Shown here: positions 31,835 to 44,661 of the stretch, one piece after another
Layout of the letters: every line of letters begins with the position of its first letter
Numbering within the stretch: the first letter of the stretch is position 1
NCBI GenBank assembly: GCA_051530055.1
Contig: CM121341.1
Coordinates: forward strand, 13,742,784 to 13,806,783
Source: Neoechinorhynchus agilis
Taxonomy: Eukaryota; Animalia; Acanthocephala
Direction of reading: 5' to 3'
Length of the DNA: 64,000 nucleotides
Notes under the pieces: generated by a model
Seen by the model: only the letters and a program-made list of their open reading frames with translations
Database searches by the model: none
What the model was told of the DNA's origin: nothing
Position numbers and translations under genes: made by a program

Positions 31835-31919
31835 CTTCTGGGAATCATGGACGATTTTCGTTATTTTCTACAAAAAAGTAGCATTCATTTTGTTTCGCAC
31901 AACCTTTCTATGGGAAATT

Positions 31920-34405
31920 ACAAGAGCAAAATTACGTAAGCTTTTACGTTTAAATTTTTCGGAAATTCAACAGTTTTGTATTCATTAGGAAATGAAAGTT
32001 TGTGGTATTTCTGAAGGTGTTTCTAGGAACGTTTGCAAACTTTTGTTTCGCTCATTTTTTTACGAATTAAAGGATTAAAAATACAAAAGTTTTTACATTT
32101 GATTTTTTCCACAATTTTAGAGTTTCATGTTCGTAATAAAAAAGAAAGCTTCCGGAATTTATTAAAGTGTTTCTTTTTTGTTTCTAGGAAGGTTAACAAA
32201 CTTTTGTTTCGCTCACTTTTTTATGAATTAAAAGAGCAAAATTACAGAAGTTTTTACGTTTGATTTGCCCGGAATTTTAGAGTTTCATCTTCGTAATAAA
32301 AAGAAAGCTTCTTGTATTTATGAAGGTGTTTCTTTTTGTTTCTGGGAAGGTTTGCAAACTTTAGCTTCACTCACTTTTTTTATGAATTCAAAGAGCAAAA
32401 ATACAAAAGTTTTTACGTTTAATTTCTCCCGGAATTTTATAGTTTCATGTTCGTAATAAAAAGAAAGCTTCTGGTATTTATGAAAGTGTTTCTTTTTTGT
32501 TTCTAGGAAGGTTTACAAACTTTTGCTTCACTCACTTCTTTATGAATTCAAAGAGCAAAAATACAACAGTTTTTACGTTTAATTTTTCCTGGAATTTTAG
32601 AGTTTCATGTTCGTAATAAAAAGAAAGCTTCTGGTATTTATGAAAGTGTTTCTTTTTTGTTTCTAGGAAGGTTTACAAACTTTTGAAGAGTAAAATTACA
32701 AAAGTTTTTACGTTTGATTTTCCCAGAATTTTAGAGTTCCTTGTTCGTAATAAAAAGAAAGCTTCTGGTATTTATGAACGTGTTTCTTTTTGTTTCTAGG
32801 AAGCTTTACAAACCTTTGTTTCGCTCACTTTTTTTATGAATTCAAAGAGCAAAATTACAAAAGTTTTTACGTTTGTGATTTTTTCCAGAATTTTAGAGTT
32901 TCATGTTCGTAATAAAAAGAAAGCTTCTGGAATTTATGGAGGTGTTTTTTTTGTTTCTAGGACGGTTTACAAACTTTTGCTTCACTCACTTTTTTATGAA
33001 TTCAAAGTGCAAAATTGCTACAGTTTTTACGTTTGATTTTTCCCGGAATTTTAGAGTTTCATGTTCGTAATAAAAAGAAAGCTTTTGGTATTTATGAAGG
33101 TTTTTCTTTTTTTGTATCTAGGAAGGTGTACAAACTTTTGTTTCGTTCACTCTTTTATAAATTAAAATATTAAAAATACAACAGTTTTTACGTTTGACTT
33201 TTCCCAAAAGCTTCTGGTATTTATGAAAGTGTTTCGTTTTTATTTCTTGAAATGTTTACAAACTTTTGTTTCGTTCACTTTTTGTAAATTCAGGGAGCAA
33301 AATTACAAAAGTTTTTACGTTTGATCTGCCCGGAATTTTAAAGTTTCATGTTCGTAATAAAAAGAAAGCTTCTGGTATTTATGAAAGTGTTTCTTTTATG
33401 TTTCTGGGAAGGTTTACAAATTTTTACTTCGCTAACTGTTTTTGAATTAAAAGATTAAAAATACAAAAGTTTTTACGTTTGATTTGCCCGGAATTTTAGA
33501 GTTTCATCTTCGTAATAAAAAGAAAGCTTCTGGTATTTATGAAAGTGTTTCTTTTTTGTTTCTAGGAAGGTTTACAAACTTTTGTTTCGCTCACTTCTTT
33601 ATGAATTCAAAGAGCAAAGTTACAAAAGTTTTTACTTTATATTTGCCCGAAATTTTAGAGTTTCATGTTCGTAATAAAAAGAAAGCTTCTCGTATTTATG
33701 AAAGTGTTCCTTTTTTGTTTCTATGAAGGTTTACAAACTTTTGTTTCGCTCACTTTTTTTATGAATTTAAAGCGCAACATTTCAAACGTTTTTACGTTTG
33801 ATTTGTCCTGAATTTTTGTTTCATGTTCGTAATAAAAAGAAAGCTTCTGGTATTTATGAAGGTGTTTCTTTTTTGTTTCTTGGAAGGTTTTGTAATTTTT
33901 GTTTCGCTTACTTTTTGTAAATTCAGAGATCAAAATTACAAAAGTATTTACGTTTTATTTGCCCGAAATTATAGAATTTCATTCTCGTAATAAAAAAAGC
34001 TTCTGGTATCTATGAAGGCGTTTCTTTTTGTTTCTAGGAAGGTTTGCAAACTTTTGCTTCACTCACTTTTTTTATGAATTCAAAGAGCAAAATTACAAAA
34101 GTTTTTACGTTTAATTTGCCCGGAATTTTAGAGTTTCATCTTCGTAATAAAAAGAAAGCTTCTGGTATTTATGAAAGTGTTTCTTCTTTGTTTTTGGGAA
34201 GGTTTACAAACTTTTGTTTTGCTCACTTTTTGCAAATTCAAAGAGCAAAATTACAAAAGTTTTTACGTTTGATTTGCCCGGAATTTTGGAGTTTCATGTT
34301 CGTAGTAAAAAGAAAGCTTCTGGTATTGATGAAGGTGCTTCTTTTTTGGTTCTAGGAAGGTTTACAAACTTTTGTTTTGCTCACTTTTTTATAAATTAAA
34401 AGAGT
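31920..34405. repeat. Satellite, about 159-bp unit, about 15 copies
   Basis: tcgtaataaaaagaaagcttctgg recurs at 157-162 nt spacing; two units carry internal deletions. Confidence 0.97.
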
Positions 34406-34419
34406 TGGAACCATGTACA

Positions 34420-35690
34420 TACAGCCGAAAATCTAGCGGAATTTAAGCTGGCACGAGGCACTTGAAAACGATAAAGGTATGCAAAGGATATTTAAGATCG
34501 CCCGAATTCGCGACAAAAGATCTTAGGATATTCCAGTTATAAAAAGAATTAAGGACTCGTCGGGAGTAACCTCAAGAAGCGAAAACGATATCCTTCAAAT
34601 ATGGCGAATATTTCAACAAACCCGTAAATACGGAAAATCCTCACCAGACTTATGATGAAGCACCACCAAACGCAAATCTAGTTCGACCGTTCTCCTACAA
34701 AGAGATCGTAGTACAGCTTCGACGCATGAAAACCGGTAAAAGTGAAGGACCGGACGATATTCCGATCGAAGTCTGGAAATCGATGGGCGGATTCTGCATT
34801 CGAGTGCTTGTCAACCTATTCAGGAGGATATCAGAAATTGGCAAAATGCCGGAACCTTGGCAAAAAAGTACAGTGATTCCGATACATAAGTAGAAACACG
34901 ACGTTGAACAATGTAGCAGCTACAGGGGTATAAAATTGATCAGTCATACAAGCCGGCTGCAATAGGAGATTCGTTTCGACGTGCAGCAGCGTTGCTTCAT
35001 GTCGGGTCGAAGCACTACGGAGGCGATTTTCTTAATTAGACAATTGTACGAGAGGTTCGATGAAAAGCAGAAGCCGCTATACAGTGCATTCATCGACCTT
35101 GAAAAGGCCAAAAATTACCCCGAACAGTACGTACAAATTATCAGGACTATGTACGACGGATCATGCACAGATGTTCGATGCAGTGTAGGCGAAACAATAT
35201 ATTTCTGGTCTCAATGGGATTAGATCAGAGATCTGCCCTCAGTCCGTTCCTATTCATCACGATCATGGACGTGTTATGATCCCAGCAAAACGATTCAATG
35301 CCTCCGTGGACGATAGTCACATCGGAAAAAACGCGAAGTGGCTAAGCAAAAACCGGAAGGGTGGCGTGAGGCATTGTAAAGCAACGGACTCAAAGTAAAC
35401 AGGGCGAAGGGAGCGTGCATGGGTCCGGAGGGTCTAGAATTAGATGGCACACAATTAAAATTGAAAGCGCCAGTTGAATATCTCGGCAGCTAGGTCAGTA
35501 TGGCGAACTCTCTCAAGCCTGAAATAGCTGCTCGAATACAAAGCGGATGGCACAACTGGAGGAAAATGTCAAGCGTATTGTATGTGATAAAAGTATCGGG
35601 TTGAAGCTAAAAGGAGGAGTATTTGTGACTGAAGTGAAACCAGCAATGTTGTACACCGCAGAGACGTGGACGACCACATGCAAAGAAAGG
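34420..35690 (+). mobile_element. Degraded RTE-clade LINE (second family)
   Basis: MKTGKSEGPDDIPIEVWK, WQKSTVIPIHK, SYRGIKLISH, FMSGRSTTEAIFLIRQL, FIDLEKA. Confidence 0.88.
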
Positions 35691-36190
35691 TTTAGGAGGA
35701 CCCATGTACCTTTGGGTCCTCATAGCTTTGGGTTTGGTCTTGGCCGATTTTTATTTTATAATTCATCACAATGTTCCACTGAACATGAATTTTTTTATGA
35801 TTATAGAGCCAGATAATAAGTTTTGCTTGCATACTTTAAGAGAACAAGTTCCGATTCACGAATAACTTGGCAATCGTGATTGCATTTTAAAGATTACCTC
35901 GACTCTCGCTTTTCCTCACCGAGACAATAATTTTGTTCGCACCTCAGTTTTCAGGACTTGGCATTGGTTTGTTGAGTTATTAAAATCCTCAAAAGTCTGA
36001 GTTGAATACGCCCTTGACGAAAAGAATCCATTTATAGCCGAACTTAATTTTTAAACTGTGATGAGCGTTTTCTAGTGGTGCATGAAAAAACGAAGACAAT
36101 ATGAGCTAATAATCTTGGATGCCACTACCTTATGGGTTGCTAAGCAACCACACAAAAATCAGATCCTGGACTTTGATTTCCATTATAAGG

Positions 36191-36704
36191 ATGGATTATT
36201 TTTGTCTAGAGTCAGATGAAAATGGATCTAGAGATACAGACAAACTGCTTCCGTTTAAAACTCAGCGTAACAACAACGCTGCATTAGTAAAATGGCTAAA
36301 GCATCAAAAAGACATAGAGGATAAACTGAGGAAGGAAACAGAGGGAATGTTAACTGGAAAACGGGCTAAAAAACACATCAAATAGAAAAAGATCTCAATG
36401 CCATACGACCGGTCGGATACATTCATTCGTTCGTGTGGTTATCAATTGTTGGAACAGTAATGTTTTTACCTATTGGCATCATAGCTCTCAAGTATTCGGT
36501 CTACTCCCTCGAACTATCTAGCAAAAAAATCCCCTTTATTGGCCGGAAAAGGCGTATGTGCTTAGTCGAGGTGCATTTAGAATCGCTGTTTCGGCAATCA
36601 CGATAGGAGTAATGGTTATCGTCATAGTGTATTCAATACTCCTCTTGATCCAAATCAAATATGGACTATTCTACTTTCAGTTTATTTCCAATCATTTCGC
36701 CTAA
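36191..36704 (+). CDS. CD225/dispanin (interferon-induced transmembrane-like) family protein with two apparent frameshifts
   Basis: SFVWLSIVGTVMFLPIGIIALKYS and AYVLSRGAFRIAVSAITIGVMVIVIV match the CD225 pattern; adding one A to each of the runs at 36368 and 36523 gives a 171-aa ORF; AATAAA at the stop. Confidence 0.7.
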
Positions 36705-37049
36705 TAAATCCTTCGATAAAAATGTTTGGCCTGAGACAAAAACGGGGTCAATGACAAAATGTAAGAAGCACTAAAAATTCAACGATATGTCAGACTTTAA
36801 GATGCCATAAAAATGGTTAAAGTTAGAAATGCAAGCGCGAAATCCTGACGTTTTACTTTCATTGAAGCGTTATGCTCATCAGTACAAGAACGCCTAATCT
36901 TGCAACACTCAATCAAGTTTACGGACTCGATTCTAGCATAAAATTGGTTTATTCCTTGATTTCGATAGGTGTCGAAAGTTCAGAAATAAATTCTTTTCAG
37001 GGGGTTGGAACTCGTGGAGCAGATCGACTGATTAAAACCATAATTTTTA

Positions 37050-40000
37050 TTAGAAGAATAAATTTCGATACCTGGCGCGTATTCGATTTAATTTAGTTTT
37101 TTGACGTCCTTTAATTAGCTGTCCAAAGAACGAAACATCTAAATCACGATTATCACTCTCTTTCCACTTATCTCTTAACATTTCCCGTGCAATATTGCAG
37201 CTGTGACTCTCTAGGCTGTTGAGTACTTTAGTAGCCAGCAAGAATGATGAATGTCCGAACTCAGATTCAGAATCTTGATCAGCTTCGAAAACGTCACTAA
37301 CACAAATATTTTCGTTATTATGGGTTGCACCAGATTCAGGAACGAGCAGGCAGAACAATTCCACCAACAATCTAGATACTGCGACAAAATCGAATCTCGT
37401 CCATAATAGATTTAGAGCCATCTCAAATGTGCAATACACGCCGATTCGATTGGCTGTTACGTCCACAAACGGTCGTAACACTGCTCGGCAAGTTTGAACA
37501 TTGAAATTCGATTTTTCAGACATGTAAAGAGTAACGCATTTAAAGACTAGTTCGTTTGTCTTTAAGCAGTCGAGTTGCAAAAGATGTGACAATTTTTGAA
37601 GACAAATCACAGAAACGTTCAATAGGATATCAAAACTCACACGTCTTTCATGTGTTTGATCACTTAGTAAAAGTGCAGAATCGAACGAAATAGACAAGAA
37701 TTGAATCATTCGATCTAACGCCAATTTTGGATTCTCTGCTCGAGCGACCAGCGAGGCTATTCCTAGACAAATTGAACTGAATTCACTTTCGTTTAAGTCT
37801 TTGGTGGTAAGATCGAACAAAGCATTGATTAATTTTATGGAAATATCGAGCTGAACATTGTTCTTGGACAAAATAAACGAACACAACCTACATAGCTAAA
37901 CATCACTATGTTAAAAAAAATACATAACATAACTAACCATGGCAACATAACTGAGATCGCTTTCTTTTAAAGAACTTTCCAGTTGCCTGATAACCAACAC
38001 TTTAGCCATAAAGCACATATTAAGACTTATAACTTCTGGATCAGTGTCCGCAAACGCAAAGATTTGACTAGCAAGACGATCACTATCTTCTTCATCTCTA
38101 GTTCCCAGCAAATGCTCCATGCATTCAAACACATCTCGGCCAACGTGATTTGAAATTAAGGCCAAGATCCATGCGCCCACTTTGCTGGGCAAGTGAGCAA
38201 GTGAAGAAACCAAATGGCAAAGTTCGCCATCTCTTACCAGGATTCTATCGAATTGGGAAGTCAAATCATCGTTTGGCAAGCCAAGATGAGAACGTACTCT
38301 CCACATCAATACCAACTGAAGAGTGCTCAATTGAAACTCACACTTTAACTGGTGCGTGATTCTCTGAACGCTTTCAGCAACATTAGAGTGCAATGAAATC
38401 GAAGGAAGAGTTAATATTAATGAGAGAGCGGCGCTTAGTACAAAATGATTCTTGTGTATTATAAGAAGTAAATTCTAGATGTGTATTCATTGTTGAAGCG
38501 GTCCATAAAAATGGATAATGTGCACCTAATAATGGTACTTTAAGGAGAAATGATTTTTATGGTGAACCTCAAGCAGATCCTTCTTTAAAAGTTATACTCG
38601 AAAGCTTTTCCTGTTCGTGGACTTTTTAAGCTCTCGCATATTTGACGAAAAAATATCCTATCAAAATATCTGCCGAAATGCTGGTCTCTTAAGAATCATT
38701 GTCTTTTACACTCTTAGCAGTTTGAAAATCTTTGCGTTCAACAATCAGTTTCAAGTGTTCTATTATCCGTCCCACTGTCTCCGCACATTTAAAAGGCTGT
38801 ATAAGTGATTTGATCGCAATTGCACACAATCTATGAACGCGGAACGACCTAGTGTGCAATGAACACCTAAATTTATTACTTAAAACTAGAAATAAAATTA
38901 ATGCTGTGATGTTTTACCTTATGACGAACAGGATAACACAATCTTCAATTTCATCGGTCGTCCATTGGTCGCATTCCAAATGAGATACAAATAATAGAAC
39001 AGCAAATTGAACGTCTTCGCAATGATCACATTCAAAAAAATCTTCACGTAATAGTTGCCAGTGGTAGGGATATAGCGACTGAAATCGACTTATCTGCATT
39101 CGATTTCGTGGTGATATTCGATAACCGTCCGACCGATCAGTTCCAAATACTAAGTTAAGAATGCATTTAAAAAGCAAAGAGGCAGCATTTCGAACATTCC
39201 AACTCGTTTTAGACGAAAGCCTATTCAGGACGGCAGGTAGTGTGATTAACGCCAAGTTTGGACCGTTTTGTTTGTCTAGCTGTCGACCACTGAGTCTTAT
39301 CTGATCTCGGAGCAAAACGCGAACGACATTTAGGCTGTGGACTTCTATGTACTCCGTATTAGAGCAACTCGGCACGTTCAAAACGTTTTCATTTAATTCT
39401 TTGATAAAATTAGAAGCTAGAGCTGAATCGATATAATCCATATTTTGAGATATTCGACTTGTTGACACAATCGCGTGAACTAGAAGCGGCAATCCACCGG
39501 ATCGCCTGGTTGTACGCATCCTCAGATCGTGGCTTCCCATTTCAAGTGAATTGAACTCTTTTCGAATTTCGTCTAAAGCACACAGTGGCCATTCATTAAA
39601 ATCAGCATCGGACGAGTGCCACAATGCCCGACAAACATGCAACAACTGTTTGTGTACTTCCTCGAATGCTCCATGATGTCTAGCAGTTAAGATCACACAG
39701 ATAAACGCATCCCACACTTGTTTAAGAACATCCTTTTTCAGCACGGTTTTCTGGATGGATTCCGTGAATAAAATAGCGAGTACAGCGGCTACTTCCTTCA
39801 CAAGTCTCCAAGTGAAGACGAGGATCTTCTGGTTGCTTACTTGCTGAGCAGGATCGGCAATCGTAAAGTCCATTGGAATGGGGGCAGTAAAGTCCATTGG
39901 AATGAAAGTACGACCTTCTGGTGATTCTGATCCAACTACAATTAGCGAAACGTTCCACATGTCTAAACATGACTGCACCAATTTCGACTTCACTTCAACA

Positions 40001-42540
40001 GTGATCGAATCAAGTCGAAGACTAAGAATATGCCGTGTACAAACGAGCAAAGGAAGAAGATCCGAGGAACATATAAGGTCAGAGAACCTACGTAGGTTGC
40101 ACAATTTTGAGGTTCAATGCGCTATTCGAGTCACATCTTCAAATTTATTACCTGAGAAACTTTCAGCACATATCACTTCAATGATGTCATCGATCTTATT
40201 GCCTTGTGAGAAATATGCAAGAGCTTCGCTTATACATTCCAATCGGCGGGGACAACGCACGATCCGAAGATGAGACTTTAGTTGATGGAACACACGAGAT
40301 CGTTCCTCGCTGCTTAATTTATTAGGAGTACAACCTAGAAGTCTGATCGCGATTGATCGGTTATCTTCATACGAATCCATTGAAGTTATTAGTAATATCT
40401 CGTTTAAGACTTCTAAATACTTCGAAGGTATCACCGTGTGATGAATCGGTTGAAGTAAAACAGAAAGCACTCGCAGTCCAAAATTCCTTTGTGAGTACGT
40501 AGAATCAATAAGACACTCATTTACAATGAAATCCCACAATCGTAGACTCATTACCAAGTAAACATCTTTTGAAGGGCATTTTTTTGCGTTCATGGATCTT
40601 AGACGCCTCATCAATTTTTCAATATTCACTACAAACTGGTTTCGAAGATGCGCTTCAGTCATGTGGCACTCGTTTTCCAAAAATCTAAGAATAATGTCAG
40701 TGCGTTCAATTGTCGGTCTGAGTTTGCAAATGAGCTTGAACGCATCAGCTTTCTCAATTAAACTCGGACTTTGTAAGCTGGTTTCGATCGTACGCTCGTC
40801 GATACCTTCCAAAATTTCGTTTGTTGGATTCGAATCGGAAAGTGTGACGAGAGACAAAGTTACAAAGGCAGCAAACTCATCTTGATTAGGAAGTGAAATT
40901 AAATAGCGGGCAAAAGGACATGGTTTTGTTTTAAGTAGCTCCGGAGCGACCAGCTGACATATAAGGATTTTTTGTGAAGTACGATTATAATGGGCAATTA
41001 TTGGCTTCAATACCCGTTCAATGGCGATCGTATCATCATTGAGTGATCGTGATAAAGTTGCGTAAAGTCCAGAGAGTTGTTTGGCTGCAGCTCGGTCACA
41101 TAGTTCAATAAGAGATTGTTCTACTAGGTCAGGATAAATGTCGTGGACTATTTGGGGACCATGAGTCCTAATCAAGAAGCATAAAAAGGAGCACTTACAT
41201 CAAGAGAATCTTGAGGTTTCTTAAAGTAACCTAATGATGATATATATATGACAACAGTCGATTATTTCAGCTTTTGACTCTTCAAACCCACATACATAAA
41301 AGCGTATTGAACGGGTAGGACTATTATCTAGAATGTAGGAAGCACGTTCCTCAAGATTCTTTTAAAGGCTACATCGCTCAACGAATCGTTTTCTTCGTGA
41401 TATACGTAACTCGTCCGAAAGCCCACATTCTCGACAATTCTGAGATGAATGTTTCTTCAAAATACACCCATAAGCGTGTTCAATATTAGTACGTTCGACT
41501 TCAATTCTATGCTCCAGACCGCTCCAAAACGCATTTGAAACCTCCTTGACGAAATGTGTGACTAGTTGAGAACGGAAAATGCAATCATCACATTCCAAGC
41601 AAACGATTAGGTTAGACAGTTCAGCTAACGACATTGTGAATAAAAGTCTAGTGATAGGAGTATTGGGACGACTGTTGAACTTAAAAAGATGATCCATCGC
41701 AAAATAAACTATATCTTTTATGGTCGCATGGTCGGATTGTGAAACAATTGCGAAACAAATTGCATAATGTGCTGCTCGCCCAAGATCAGGTTCGTTTAGT
41801 CTTTTGCGAGCTGATTCAATCATACGTTCACTGTTGAGTACCAAACAATGATGAACAAAAAGTGTTGCCCCAGCAATCATTGTATCAAGTGAGCACTGGT
41901 CACCTAAATTGTTTTGTTCAACAATTGTTTTTAAAAACATTTACTTGCGTCCTAAGGCAAGTTCAATACATGCGTCCAATTGAAGCGGCGAGGCGCATTG
42001 TGGATTAGATCGGAGGCACAGTTGAACCAAGAGTTTCATCTCTTTTTCAATTGGATGTTCTTTTTCACATACACAAGAACATAAACGATCGATCACTTTT
42101 TACCCAAAAATGCAACGCTTATACCAGAAAAAACCCGCAGTTACTCACGATCTCTATGATTAATAATAATTATTGATAATCCTAAGTGCGAATATTTCAG
42201 ATCTAATCGTGATTTCAATTCGTACCTTTGGGAACATAATGAATCACTAGCGATAAAAACGACGTTAAATCAGCAGAATCCAACGATGGCTTAATTTTTC
42301 CGATGGCTTGGTCAATGTGCTCGTATGATAACGCATTTTCATTAACTAATTTCATCAATGACCTTCAATAAGAATAAAACCGAAAATAGTCGAAAACATG
42401 GAGAAAAAACACACTTTTGTAAATTCCTGTGAGAAACGGACTCAGTCAAAAGTGCCATTTGCATTATATCCATTAGTTCTGCTACAATGTCGATTTGTTT
42501 GTTCGGTTTATTGAAGAGCTTTCATTAAATATGAAGTGGA
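37050..42540 (-). CDS. THADA: THADA / Trm732 tRNA methyltransferase cofactor (multi-exon; 5' end uncertain)
   Basis: WRLVKEVA, RHHGAFE, TRRSGGLP, VHSLNVVRVL, WNVRNAASLLF...FG DUF2428 motifs; HEAT-like helical composition. Confidence 0.88.
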
Positions 42541-42856
42541 AGGTAAATGTAAAGCGAAACATAAAACCAACGTTTTCACATTTTGAACATAGCATTTGAG
42601 CAACCGACATCTAAAATTCGAGGATTTGGAGAAAGGTTAAATCGCCGATCGTGTTTAATACAAGCTTTTAATTGCTTTCATAAATCGATTGCAAAACCAT
42701 CGCTCAATCGAGTTTCAAAGTTCAAAGATCCTTAAATGCAACAATGAACTTAGACGACCATAGGATATTTAATCAGACAACCTAATTCTCACGATAAGAT
42801 GGCAATTTGTTGTTCAGTTATAGATGAGAATATTGTAAAGATGTTCATCATTTACA

Positions 42857-43024
42857 TTTTTATAGCGAATTATAATGGTTGATTTATTGATTTGATAATT
42901 TTCGGCCTTCGCGTAGGCCTTCTTCAGTCTATCTAAAATGCACCAGCTTGTAAGTTTATAAATAAGGCCTACGCGAAGGCCAAAAATTATCAAATCAATC
43001 AATTATTATAATTCGCTATAAAAA
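42857..43024. repeat. Inverted repeat, about 62-bp arms
   Basis: tttttatagcgaattataat...ggccttcgcgtaggcctt / aaggcctacgcgaaggcc...attataattcgctataaaaa. Confidence 0.88.
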
Positions 43025-43101
43025 AGATGAGAATATTAGATCAGCATCTCAGAATCGAAATTTTATAGAACAGAAACGTGCCGGTCTACCTCCGACGACG
43101 A

Positions 43102-43311
43102 CTATATTTGAACCGCCAAGAAAATATTAAAGTCTTCTAAGGAAATACCCAACCTTACAAGCGCTCCTGCAAACAATAACATGCAATTTCCACTTGAACT
43201 GACCCTGAGCGGATATTCCAACCGATCGAACCTGTAATCAACTCCAAAATCAACAACCGCATTAAACGAACAAAACAGAACTCGAGTTTTTATAAGAACC
43301 CAAAGGTACAT
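43102..43311 (-). CDS. Member of the MY(F/L)WVLI family, 69 aa
   Basis: Homologous to 11997..12332. Confidence 0.45.
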   Translation of the reverse strand: MYLWVLIKTRVLFCSFNAVVDFGVDYRFDRLEYPLRVSSSGNCMLLFAGALVRLGISLEDFNIFLAVQI

Positions 43312-43544
43312 TCGCCTCTTTTGGTGTATTAACAAATAAACGTGCTATTATTACAATTTTTGTTTCTTTCTTTTTCATAACGCAAAATTTATTTAGCCTT
43401 GAAATTTGAGGCCTTTAAAAGCCAAAGAAAAAGTGAAGGTACACAATGATTTAGATTAAATTGTTTTGCTAAAATCGTTATTTATCGCGCGAGAATCGTT
43501 TCTAAGTTAGAATTTATTGCAAAGCAAAGAGATGTCAACAAGTT

Positions 43545-43665
43545 CCTGCGTTATAAAAAGTTCATCGTTCCCTTTGGTGTCGAGGCACTCGGATCGTTTT
43601 TCCAAGAGATTGAGACGAATCACTGGCGATCCGAGATCAGAAGCATTCCTCCTTCAAAACGACGA
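43545..43665 (+). mobile_element. CRE-clade RLE 3' fragment
   Basis: FIVPFGVEALG...ITGDPRSEAFLLQN. Confidence 0.75.
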
Positions 43666-43980
43666 GATTCGAAACGTTTTTAATGAAAAATTATTTAATG
43701 GGTGAAGAACTAAACTATCGACATTTTAACTCCAATTAATTTCTCAGCAAGCAGGAAAAATCAATATCGGGTGATGATATTTCTTAAGTATTGCATTATA
43801 AGAAATAACAAAGTTCACTGAACGAATTTTCATAATAAGTCAGATTCGATGCTCACTTAATAAATACGGGCGAAACCGATGTATCAAAATCACCTTTGGT
43901 TATTTATAAGAAAATTAAGATACTGATTTCAGAATTGCTGATTTTTTCTCTTCTATATTTAAAGATAAAATCCATGAGTA

Positions 43981-44128
43981 TGTGGAAGTGGGGAAAAATC
44001 ATATATTCAAGAATCACTTTAATTGAAATATTTCGTCCAATCACGGTGGACTTCTTATTGCTTGTTGATTGGACGAAATATTGCAATTAAAGTGATTCTT
44101 GGATATATAATTTTTCCCAACTTCCACA
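43981..44128. repeat. Long hairpin, 63-bp arms, 22-nt loop
   Basis: About 4 mismatches between arms 43981..44043 and 44066..44128. Confidence 0.9.
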
Positions 44129-44307
44129 TCTTGTATATTTCTTTGAATGATTGACCATTCGAATAGAACGTTTTGATATGACAGTGATCGGATTTTTTAT
44201 ATTTTCACCAAAATTTAACAAAACTTTCATCTCTGAAAAAAGTTTATTAAATATTGAATGCTAAACTACGATCTATAGATATTAATGTCACCTAAACATT
44301 ATGTGGC

Positions 44308-44661
44308 TCATTGTGATCCTTTAGGACAAGACGCATCCACGACTTTGTAAAGCTGTGGATTTAGGTAATTCAGACTTAGGAGAACAAATCTCGCTGGTTC
44401 CACGTCCACTTCTATTTCATATACCATGTCTTCGATGACTGGACTGGTCACTTTGAACTGAATAAGAAGAGTTTGTCCGTTCTTAAGTGTCGGTGGAAGA
44501 TTGGCAATATCTACTCCACAAGTTCTCGAGGTCATTGCCCACGCCACCCCACGGACGTAAGTTGCGAGTTCTGAGGGAGAAGCTGCCTCGTAAGCTCCTC
44601 GTTTCTGGACGACAGCAACCACCACGGAGAAAAGAGCAAGAAAGACGAGAAAGGTTTTCAT
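44308..44661 (-). CDS. Small secreted protein (117 aa), possible cystatin-like fold; copy 1
   Basis: Signal peptide MKTFLVFLALFSVVVA; two Cys; AATAAA downstream; near-identical copy at 56718. Confidence 0.85.
   Translation of the reverse strand: MKTFLVFLALFSVVVAVVQKRGAYEAASPSELATYVRGVAWAMTSRTCGVDIANLPPTLKNGQTLLIQFKVTSPVIEDMVYEIEVDVEPARFVLLSLNYLNPQLYKVVDASCPKGSQ

Noticed and set aside
32033-34399. Short ORFs inside the 159-bp array, and the array as a possible CRISPR
   Set aside because: Whole units repeat with no unique spacers and no cas genes; the ORFs are repeat artefacts
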